This document shows, piece after piece, positions 53,112 through 64,000 of a stretch of DNA of 64,000 bases. The stretch lies in NCBI RefSeq assembly GCF_006345805.1, contig NC_043001.1, forward strand, positions 9,424,001 through 9,488,000, given 5' to 3'. The stretch's first letter is position 1. Each line of letters begins with the position of its first letter. The notes beneath the pieces were generated by a model, which saw only the letters and a program-made list of their open reading frames with translations, was not told the DNA's origin and made no database searches. A program made the position numbers and the translations under genes. The DNA comes from Octopus sinensis (lineage: Eukaryota).

Positions 53112-53969
53112 TCATTTGTTAGATGATGCGAAGATCTGTTATATCATGTGAACTCAATAAAGCCATCCATGCAGTTAACAATGGAAAAGGAAAAAGACAA
53201 TCAGCTGGGTATTCCTGGAGGTATTAATAACACGCACCAAGTATGGATTCAGGTCATCCGTATACCGCAAGCCGACCTTTACTGGACGATGCCTTAACTT
53301 CAATTCCGACCATCCTTACATTGTATAGAGAGGGATTGCTCAGTGCCTAAAACATCGAGCATTGAATATAAGTAGAGATCGTGATACACACCACGAAGAA
53401 ATGATCAAGCCCAATAACGATCTGTTAAGCAACAACTACCCCAAGAGTATACGATCCATTCCAATTATGAAAAGAGAGAGGATGAGGCCAATAAACTGTC
53501 CACAGTCTGTGAAAGGCCTCTCCTAAAAGATACAAAAAATATGTAGCCCATATGACACCAGGACAGTATTCAAGAGTAATACAACACTTCGCAAATATCT
53601 CCGTGTAAAACCACCAATAGAAGAGAATATGACCAAAAACTGTGCGTACTCCATCCCATGCAGCTGTGGTAGGTTATACAAAAGCGAAACATGCCGCCCC
53701 CTCAAAATAGGGTAGACGAACATCACAAAGCTGTGACAGGAGAAGATATTGATAAATCGGGTATAGCTGATCATGTATGGAAAAATGGAGACCAACTCCC
53801 CCTGTGGAATGAATTTGAAATAATAGACAGAGAACACCACTGGAAAATAGGAAAAAGAAAAGAAGCAGCACATATGCTAGGACACAACTTCCAAAGCAGA
53901 AAGAGTGCAGATGTGAGCAGCATATGGGAACCGGTATTAAGGAAGGATAGAAAAATATTAGATTTATAA
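53112..53969 (+). pseudogene. Penelope-like element (Penelope/Poseidon type), RT C-terminus + GIY-YIG, 5'-truncated
   Basis: MQLTMEKEKDNQL/FLEVLI...SVYRKPTFTGRCLNFNSDHP...NNYP; then CAYSIPCSCGRLYKSET..RVDEH...KSGIADHVW...IIDREHHWKIGKRKEA; stops and frameshifts present. Confidence 0.9.
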
Positions 53970-53997
53970 GCCCTAAAATTCACTGCATAATTGCCCT

Positions 53998-54047
53998 CTG
54001 GCATATTGCGTAGTGGTTCGATTCCAAGCAGTGACCTGAACAACAAC

Positions 54048-54078
<31 letters not shown>

Positions 54079-54112
54079 TCGAAAAATACCTTAGGAATGA
54101 GAACGCAGGTTC
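53998..54112 (+). mobile_element. Family A module start (tRNA-like head, (AAT)n, body start), cut off by a SINE
   Basis: ggcatattgcgtagtggttcgattccaagcagtgacctgaa(caa/taa)n catcgaaaaataccttaggaatgagaa. Confidence 0.85.
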
Positions 54113-54252
54113 GACTTTGCCTTTCATCCTTTGGGAGTCGATAACTTAAGTACCAGTTACGCACTGGGGTCGATGTAATCGACTTAATCCGTTTGTCTGT
54201 CCTCATTTGTCATCTCTGTGCTTAGCCCCTTGTGGGTAGTAAAGAAATAGGT
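54110..54252 (+). mobile_element. SINE family 1, 3' part
   Basis: tcgactttgcctttcatcc...gtgggtagtaaagaaatagg. Confidence 0.88.
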
Positions 54253-55036
54253 AACTATAAGAATTGCCATGCTCTTAAAAAATTCCATTGTTAAGTAATA
54301 TCTGAAAGAAAAACGCTTGTTTGAAAAATTTTTATATTTCTGTGAACGAGGTCGACAAATCAAAAAAAACTGATACTTACACAACAGATACTTAGCTTCG
54401 AGCATACAAGGACTTGATAGGTCTGTTTCTCTTTTTTGTTTATTTTTGTATTGTTTTGCTTTGGGGTTTTTTGTTTTGTTTTTTTTATGATATTCTTCCT
54501 CTTTTGAAAAATATTTTTTTAATATCTTACGCGCAAAGGTCACATCATTATTTTGTTTTCTAACTACCGTTCCTGTAGGGTTGTGCTTTGTGTACAATCG
54601 ACCTTGTAATTTTAAATTTGCGAAGGCTTCACAAACGAACCACACATTTCAACGAAGCTGACGCGCATTTCTTAAGAAGGCTGACAAATGAACCATTGTT
54701 CATATAAAATCGATTTTTGATACTTTATGTCCGTTTGTTGTACATTTTTACTTCAGTATTGTATACCAGACACTTTGCCAAACAGCTTCTATCTAATGGG
54801 AAATTATCACGTAGTTTACAATTTCGTCATCGGTGATGGTCAGCAGTTCGAATATTCTGCCTTGCAACATTATAGCTTTTCATATAACAATCGAAATTTT
54901 TGCCATCTGAATAACTAACCCTAACCTAGTTCCTACTAAATATTTTAGTATACGTAAATGTTAATCTATTATATTTATTTCGTTTTGGGATTTGGTTTGC
55001 AAGATTCCTTATATGGGTTCGTGTGTTGAAGCATAT

Positions 55037-55360
55037 TCTGTTGTGTCTGGGGAGAGTCATTTTCTTTTTTGTGCCTTATAATGTAACACACTCACCGGTA
55101 AAATTTCCACTTATTTCTCATTTTTATTTTCTTAAAGTTTTCATTGCGTCTTGCAACCTTTTCAATAGTCTTGACTCTGTCCGTTACAAATAAAAGGGAA
55201 CGCAGTGTAAATAACGGACAGAGTCAAGACTATTGAAAAGGTTGCAAGACGCAACGAAAATTTTAGGAAAATAAAAATAAGAAATAAGTGGAAATTTTAC
55301 CGGTGTGTGTGTTACATTATAAGGCACAAAAAGAAAATGACTCTCCCCAGATACAACAGA
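55037..55360. repeat. Long inverted repeat, ~150-bp arms, 25-bp spacer
   Basis: 55037-55186 is nearly the reverse complement of 55212-55360. Confidence 0.95.
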
Positions 55361-55659
55361 TTATTATATTTAGGAATTCCCAAACAATATTAGTTCTAGC
55401 TGCTACATTAAATATTTAGTTTCTGATGTAGATTATGCGGTAAAGTTCACGACATACAACATAGAGAGTTAGAACTGATACCGTCCCATTCAGTCCTTCT
55501 CGATTTGGGATGGAAAAAGAGTGTTCTGAGTGATTTCAACAAGACACTTATAATTGCGTAACAGTCAATTCCAATCAAGACAGAGGTGGGAACTGAAGAG
55601 AAGATGGAAACGACCCAGTGATTCTTACACTGGTTGTAATTTTTAAGATGCTCCACTTG

Positions 55660-55900
55660 AACTGATGCAAGTCATCAGGCTAGAGAAAGACATATCCAGG
55701 ATGCCATTGCAGAGAGGCGAGAGTCGACGTTCTGCGAGGCCTGAGGGTTGTAGACGGGCATGATAAGATGAGAAGATGAGAAGAGAGACAAGAGAAAGGA
55801 GAGTAAGTGAGCGGAGAACGCAAAAGACTAGGCAGTTCCTAAGAGCAGAAGACATTGTAGTAACGTTAGAAAAGGCAGAGAGAAGACATTACATGTTTTG
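55660..55900 (-). mobile_element. Old L2/Daphne-like LINE 3' remnant
   Basis: My translation gives [22 protein letters not shown], a recognisable ORF2 C-terminal motif. Confidence 0.55.
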
Positions 55901-55985
55901 ATAAGAGGCTAAAATATGTGCGTGTGCTGGTGTGTACATATATGTATCTATACATGAAAATGACTCTCCCCAGATAGGATATATA

Positions 55986-56040
<55 letters not shown>

Positions 56041-56062
56041 TTATATATATATATATATATAC

Positions 56063-56114
<52 letters not shown>

Positions 56115-56212
56115 ATGTAAACATATATGCATATATATGTATATATATACATATATACATATATATATGTATGTATATATGTATACATATATACATACAT
56201 ATATATATATAT

Positions 56213-56315
<103 letters not shown>

Positions 56316-56335
56316 GTATATGTATATGTATATAT

Positions 56336-56536
56336 AGGGAATTTACAAAGAACAAACAAAACAAAAGACGAAGACGGGTGCGTAAGCAACAACCAGATGC
56401 ATTATTTTAAACCTCAGAAACTGAGAAAGTCTTTTACGTTTCGAGCCTACGCTCTTCAACAGAAAGGAACACAGAAATAAACAGGGAGAGAAAATAGAAA
56501 AAAGGTTTAGTGGCTAGTGATCAATCATGGCGAATG
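56336..56536 (-). mobile_element. Repeat family B with HHR motif (56430-56468), in (TA)n
   Basis: Minus strand cttt-CTGTTGA-a-GAGC-gtag-GCTC-GAAA-cg-TA-aaag. Confidence 0.85.
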
Positions 56537-56903
56537 ATATATATATATATATACACATACAGAGAGAGATACAAACATACACTCATATATGCATACATAT
56601 ATGAATTGTATATTATATATGAGGACGCATGGCCTAGTGTGGCACTGATCAGGCAAGGTCGATTTGATGGACGGAGTGAGTTGGTGTATATCACATACAT
56701 TAGATCACTATAAACAAGTCATATCTGCATGTCATTCGGCAAAGGCTGAACACCCATGCGTCGTATTGTTGCATCATATCATATAATAATTTAAATTTTG
56801 AATTTTATATTTTATATATTTTGTATATTATATTAATTTTATTTCTATGTTTTGGTTTATGTTTTTCACTGCTTGATTTGCCTAATAGTGGTTTTATCTC
56901 TAA

Positions 56904-56952
<49 letters not shown>

Positions 56953-57092
56953 ATGATAATGGTGTCATTGAGACCCAGAGGTGTCAGGTAATGCTAAATA
57001 AGTGCTATAGACAGATAATAGTTAAGTTCCAGATTCGGTAATATTGCGAATAAATAGTTCAACGTTGGTTCTATGTCAGCGTGTGTATATAT

Positions 57093-57363
<271 letters not shown>

Positions 57364-57864
57364 CAGTACATATTCAAATATGAATATTTATATAGATATT
57401 ACCATTGTTATCATCATCTGCGGTATATATAAATAATTGATACTGGCAACAACAATAATATAGGTGGTTGCAGGCGTTAAATAGCATTAGATAGCTATAG
57501 GATTAAATTTTATATTTATCATAAGGGCTACAAAGTGGAGCTAAAACCCTCATTTATATATTGAAGACAACGTTTGGAAGTGAAGGCTAAACTTGAAAGA
57601 ATAACTGCTTAAATCTATAATTAAAATTACTTTCAGAGTTTAAAGGGTAAGTGTTCATTTTTAACTTGAAACAGGTAAGTGAATTTTGAAAGAAAATCAA
57701 GTTCGTTAAATACCTTACATCGAAACAGAACTGCAAAACTTAGCAGCAGAATTATGCTTAAAAAATAAAAATCAGTTCTAGTACTGCTATGTTTTTTCTT
57801 TCTCTTTCTCTTTCTGTCTGTCTGTCGGTTTCTCTCTCCCCTCTCTCTTTCTCTCTATTCCTCT

Positions 57865-57895
<31 letters not shown>

Positions 57896-59500
57896 TTATT
57901 AGAATTGACTACGTTACGCTATGAATGATAATGGTTGTGAGAAACTGTTCATAGCATCACTCTTACCAGAAATGGAGAAGGTCTGAACGATGTGCCATCA
58001 ACTTCTCATAATTACAGAATATATATTACGGGTACCTTCCAAACACGGAACGAAAATAGAAGAAATAATGCACAAGAATCAGAGAAGCAAAAATAATCGA
58101 TATTCTATAGCGAAATAGGAGAGAGGGAACTAATTTGTCGAGCAATTCTCACGTCATAAATTATATAAAATAAACTGAAAGAGGGACATAAAAATAGTTT
58201 GTGGCGGCATTATTAAAATTGGTAATAAAGGTATGGATGCAGATTAAGGGAGAAAAATATTATTATGCGTAAATTCTCTGGGAATATGTATTCAACAGAG
58301 GAGAAAAAATTTAAATAAGCTCCAGAGAGTATCATAGCTACCTTAAAAAAAAAGCTAAGGTCAGGTATTCTGGGATGATTAAAACATATTATACACAGGG
58401 AGTTCAGAAGAGGTATTATTTAACGGTAGTTAGCAACAGCAAATGAAAGGCTTTGTGAAGAAACATAAACAGCAAGCAGAAAACTGCCGGATAGGAGATA
58501 ACTATGAAGGCCAATTACAGACAGAAATTGCGCTCGTAAAAAACTAACGCAAAGGATACGCCGAAATACCTCAAAAAGAGCTTCTGTAAATAACTAAGGT
58601 TCTACATAAAAATATCTCGTATAAATATTTATAAACATACAGCATTCTCATCCGTATATTTGTTAATGCTGTTAAGGACACATCAACCCATACATGCACA
58701 TTAACTTCAAACAACTATCACAGAAAATCAGAAGGCGGCAGAAACGCAATTCCAAGCAGTTCTTACATGAGAACAGACGCACACACACTGGGAAATGCAT
58801 TCGGATACTCTATAACTTGTTTCTGTCATTAGGTTGCGGCCACACTGGAGCCCAGCTTTGAAGAATTTTTTAGTTGAATGAACCGACCGCAAGACTTACT
58901 TTTATCAACAAAAACATACAGAAAAGTTTAGAAGCGAAAATACAAACTCACGTTTGCACACGAACATTTCCACACGCATATCGTTTCTTTTATCCTTTAT
59001 TTGTTCCAGTTACTAAACTGCGGCCATGCTGGGGCACCGGATTGAAGAACAGTATTTCTTCTTTGAAACTTGGTACATTTTAGATCATTCTCTTCGGTTA
59101 AGCCGCTGGGTTACAGGGACTTAAACGTAATAACACCGGTTGTCAAGCGGTAGTAAGCGACCAACAGAGACACAAAGAGACACACACATAAATGTGTGTG
59201 TGTGTGTCTTTGTGTTTCTGAAACCCACTACATTTATATATGTACGTATATATGTATATATATGTGTGTGTGTGTGTGTGTGTATGTGTGTATGTATGTA
59301 TGTATGTATGTATGTATAAATCAGCACGAAGCGTAAGGATGTAGAAAAGCATCGCAAAATTATTCACCTGTACTAATTAAGTGAACTACCTGCGGGAAAT
59401 GAACTGATTTACTCAAGAACACAATGCATCGCCCGATAAGGAATTGAAACCACAATCTTATGATCATGAGTGCAACGCCAATCTATTTGTTTATATGTAA

Positions 59501-59897
59501 CTAGCAGTATCGCCCGGCGTTGCTCGGGTTTGTAAGGGAAATAACTATATAAGCATTTTTAGAGAGTTATAGCCAAAAAGTAGCAAAAAATACATTAAAA
59601 ATGGAAAAAAAATGATGGTAAATTTTTGTTTAAATCGTTGACTCATCGTAGACATTTTTAGAGAGTTACTTCCCTTATATAATAGCGAAAAAAATGCATT
59701 AAAATGGAAAAAAATAATGGTAAATTTTTTTTAAATCGTAGACTCATCGTAGACGTGCGCTAATACCCAGAAGGGCTCGATATGAATCACGACTATAAGA
59801 TACCCGGTTTTGGTTAAACTACACCGCAAAATGTGGGAGTAGTTAGGAATCTAAATCGTAGGAGACAGACACACAAACTTACCTTTATATATAAAGA
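59501..59897 (-). mobile_element. Non-autonomous Helitron-like element with an internal tandem duplication
   Basis: Minus strand A|TCtttatatataaa...cccgagcaacgccgggcgatactgCTAG|T; no TSD. Confidence 0.82.
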
Positions 59898-59929
59898 TTA
59901 TAAATGTTAATTCAATCTAATGTTATATC

Positions 59930-60272
59930 CAATGCGTGTGACTCCGAGGTAAGAAGCTTGCTTCCTAACCACATGGTTCCCAGTTCCATTCCACTTTGTG
60001 GCACCTTTAGCATGTTTTCTACTGCAGGCCCTGGACAACAAAACGTTGTGAGTGAAAGAAGCCCGTCGTATATATCTATGTATGTGCATGTGTTTGCCCC
60101 ACACCACCGCTTGACAACCGGAGCTGGTGCATTTTCATTCCTGTAGCTTAGTGGTTCAGCCAAGAAACAAGATAGAATAAGTGCCGGGCTTAAAAAATAT
60201 ACTGGACGTGGTTCACTTGACTAAAAATTCCGCAAGGTGGTGCCCTAGCATAGCCACAGTCAAATGACTGAA
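59930..60272 (+). mobile_element. SINE family 2, diverged
   Basis: Head ggtaagaagcttgcttcctaaccacatgg; tail cagtcaaatgactgaa. Confidence 0.8.
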
Positions 60273-60308
60273 TAATACATACTTAAACACACACACACAC
60301 ACACACAT

Positions 60309-60344
<36 letters not shown>

Positions 60345-60465
60345 ATATATATGGCAAGAGGAAAATGGAGGGAATCCAGAGATAGCATTAATAAGTTGTT
60401 AGACATTATGTTATGTCTATTTATTTATTTAAACAGATCTGATTTTATGTATTTGTATATATATA

Positions 60466-60496
<31 letters not shown>

Positions 60497-60525
60497 TTGC
60501 ATAATAGTGGTTTTGTCTCTAATTA

Positions 60526-60557
<32 letters not shown>

Positions 60558-60574
60558 GTGTGTGTGTCTGTGTG

Positions 60575-60608
<34 letters not shown>

Positions 60609-61299
60609 TGTATGTATGTATGTATGTATGTATATATATATGTGTGTCTGTGCGTGTGTAAAGTATATATATATATATATATATATATTACGCCTTGACA
60701 CGCTATTAGATTAAGATAACAGATAATCACATACAAATATAAATGAGTGGTACTAGTAATATTTTAGCTCAGAGAAACTATTCTTAAGTGACGTTATTGA
60801 TCGTCAGACACTGGAGTCTCGGCGTGGATTAGCCTCCTCCGTCACGAATACATCCAGTCATTCAAAGGTAAGTTGCAACTTTCGTTCCGATATACAAGCT
60901 GATATGGGTGTGGGGACCCTGAATCAGCATTTATTTAAATAATGATGTGTATAATATATTCAGTGTATATACACACGTAGAGCAGCGCAAACTAAGGTTG
61001 TTTATAAATTTGAAAAATATCAAAATACCCTAAGCAATAATTGTTTGCGAATGTATTGTCTAGAATGACTGGGCGATAAATTATGACATTTCGTCCACTG
61101 AATAACGTTTCTTTATTAGATCAAACAATTTGACTGTTAGGGCTCTGTAAAGTTCGATACAGTCAACTAAAATCACTTGAAGCCGATTCCCAATGACTGG
61201 AAACAAGAAAATAAATTGTATGAAAGCGGAATATTTACACTTAAATACATGCGTTCGTTCTCCATGCGTCTCTCTTTTCACACCACTTCAGATATATAA

Positions 61300-61753
61300 C
61301 ACTCAGTCTCTCTTCGTATAGTCTCCCTCCTGCTCCCCACTCTCTCTATTTCTCTCTCTCTCTCCCTCTTTCTCTCTCTCTCTCTCTCGCTTAGTGTATT
61401 TACATATACATACATAAAACGATACATTCTTTACCCCCTCCATACATCCTATCTCCGTACTTACAGACTCCTTATCTCGGGAAACACATGCTAAACCTTC
61501 AATTTCCTATCACACTTACACACACACACACACACACACAAACACTTGCACACACTTGTGGCCAAACTAACCCAATTTCTCCCTGGCTTGCTCACACACA
61601 TATTCACACACAAACACACAGATGCGAACACCAAACACTACACACCAAACAGGTCTCTCTCCAGGTCCACCTCCCACTACCTCATTCTCTCTCTCTCCTC
61701 CACATCACTCCACTTCTCGCCTTCTCTCTTTCTCTCTCTCTCCTTCTCTATCC

Positions 61754-61788
<35 letters not shown>

Positions 61789-62600
61789 TTTTATATCAAC
61801 ATATACACATACATACAAAAACACATGAAAACCAATCTCTACTATATCTCATCTCTGTCTCTCCCTCCTTTACCCCTCTCTCTTACTCCTCTCTCTCTCT
61901 TACCCCTCACTTTCTCTCTTACCTCTATCTCTTACGCCTTTCTTTTTCTCTTACTCCTCTCTCTGTCACATGTCTCTCTCTCGTTCATCTCCCTTTCTTT
62001 ATCTCTCGTTCATATTCACTCTGTCACATACAATTTATCTCTTTATCGTTCAAATCTCTCTCTCTCTCTCTTTTTCTCTCACTCTACATCGTCTCTCTCT
62101 CTCTCTTTCTCTCATTCTACATCGTCTCTCTTTATTACTCTCTGTCCCTATCTCTCCCACGTTTTCATTTTAACCCCCTCTATTTAAAATATCTCTTTCT
62201 CTTCTTACACTCTGTCATTGTTTGCCTGTCTCTCATTTTCTTTCTCTCCCCTACACTCTTCCCCACTCTGTTTCATCTCTCTGCTCTCCCCCTCTCCCCA
62301 TCTCTTCCCCTCTCTCTCCTCCCTCTGCACGTCTCCCTCTTACACACGTACACTACCCACAGATCCCCATTCTGCATTTCTCCCTTTCTCCGGTAACTTT
62401 TCGAAACTGCAAAACACACACACACAGACGCACACAAACATAAGCACACACACACACACAAACACGCACACACACAGAGGCACAAATACAACATACACAC
62501 TCACAGACACACCCACACACACGCACAGGCACACAACCACGCATATACATACAAGCACAAACACAAACACAAATACACACACACACACACACTCCAACAC
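61300..62600. repeat. CT-rich and CA-rich low-complexity region
   Basis: Direct inspection; explains the 302-aa Leu/Ser-rich ORF. Confidence 0.9.
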
Positions 62601-63039
62601 TGAACCGTGGCTATGCCATCAACCATCACTATCCGTGTGTAGACAACAGTATCAAAGTTCAGCGGATTAGGGTCAACAATCCTCGCGAATAAATCTTGCT
62701 GTCTCCGTTCTTTATATTTACAGTCCAGTGGTGTGGGCAAAGGACAGTTGCCAGTTCTATCGATTTCAATGGGTGAGGGACGGCAGTAATATTGTCATTT
62801 GCCGATAGGCAATACGTAATGGCTTCGTTATGTATAAAATATGGCTGCCATTATATGCTGTCTTCGTTGTGTGTTGGTGTGTTTGTGTGTGCGTGTGGCC
62901 GACTGAATGCTGGAATATTCAATGTATCTCCTATGGAGGTTTATTTATTTGTGTATTCATTTATTTCTTTAATTATATTCATATATGTACGAAATGATGT
63001 GTCGTTATGAATACCACACAATGCATAAACTCGAACGCA

Positions 63040-63132
63040 CACGCTCATATATATGTATGAAATATATACATAGATATTCAATAATATATATATATATGTA
63101 TGTATGTATGAATACACATACATAGATATACA

Positions 63133-63176
<44 letters not shown>

Positions 63177-63476
63177 AGTCTTGTGGGGGAGTGTATGATA
63201 TATATATATATATATATATATAGTGTATTTTGTACATATATCGGTATACATAAACGCATGCATAATTATTTATGCATGTATGCGCATACATGAATAGCAT
63301 ATAAGTAAATACATATACATATTTCTCTGTATGTATGCATGCGTATGCAAACACGCGCGCGCATAGACACACATTTACATTCATACACATATACATATGT
63401 ACATTATATACATATAAGCGTACATACATATCCATATATATATATATATATCTATATACAAGTATTTATATGCATG

Positions 63477-63512
<36 letters not shown>

Positions 63513-63551
63513 ATATATTAATATATATATATAATATTATATATATATATA

Positions 63552-63595
<44 letters not shown>

Positions 63596-63860
63596 TATAT
63601 ATATATATATATATATAATAATATATATATATATAATATACATGTGCGTGCAAGCCTGAATATGAGCATTCGTGTTTATATGCATAAGATATGTGTCTGT
63701 GTTAATAAATATGAGCGTATATATACGACGCATGCATGAATACATTTGCATGAAGATATTACACGCACACACATGCAGATATTACACACACATAAGCACA
63801 TACATGCATACATATATTATATATATATATATATATGTATGTACGTATGTATATGCATAT
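63040..63860. repeat. (TA)n/(CATA)n low-complexity tract
   Basis: Direct inspection. Confidence 0.95.
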
Positions 63861-64000
63861 GACATACATTTTATGCACGCGCAGACAGATACATTAATTT
63901 GTGTGTGCCGGTGTGCTTTGCAATTTATGAATATATGTGGCTTATGACTTATGTATTTTAATGTCTATGCGAATGCGCCTTTGCAGTTAGCAGAACATAT

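Noticed and set aside
58050-58520. Possible very old LINE RT remnant on the minus strand
   Set aside because: Too degenerate to support with a clear motif.
61488-62396. 302-aa hydrophobic ORF suggesting a membrane protein
   Set aside because: Arises from CT-rich low-complexity DNA depleted of stop codons.

Overview
AT-rich, microsatellite-saturated eukaryotic DNA with no host protein-coding gene I can support. The repeat complement (tRNA-derived SINEs, (TA)n/(AAT)n/(GAA)n tracts) resembles an octopus genome, but that species call is an inference from memory. Nearly all listed ORFs are translations of simple repeats. The real content is transposon-derived: four tRNA-derived SINE families (one inserted as TSD-flanked multimers), a tail-to-tail pair of CR1-group LINE fragments, older L2/Daphne-like and Tx1-like LINE scraps, mariner remnants, three non-autonomous Helitron-like elements and two decayed Penelope-like elements (PLEs; RT-thumb/GIY-YIG). 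The most notable signal is a set of minimal type-I hammerhead ribozyme (HHR) motifs in at least four different repeat families. One lies in a tRNA-like head + (AAT)n + HHR module whose 5' part also directly follows a PLE ORF. Another is in a six-copy (TA)n-anchored family whose readable cores all carry a non-canonical position 6. There are also several long foldback palindromes embedded in (TA)n or AT-rich DNA, and microsatellite-bounded tandem duplications.
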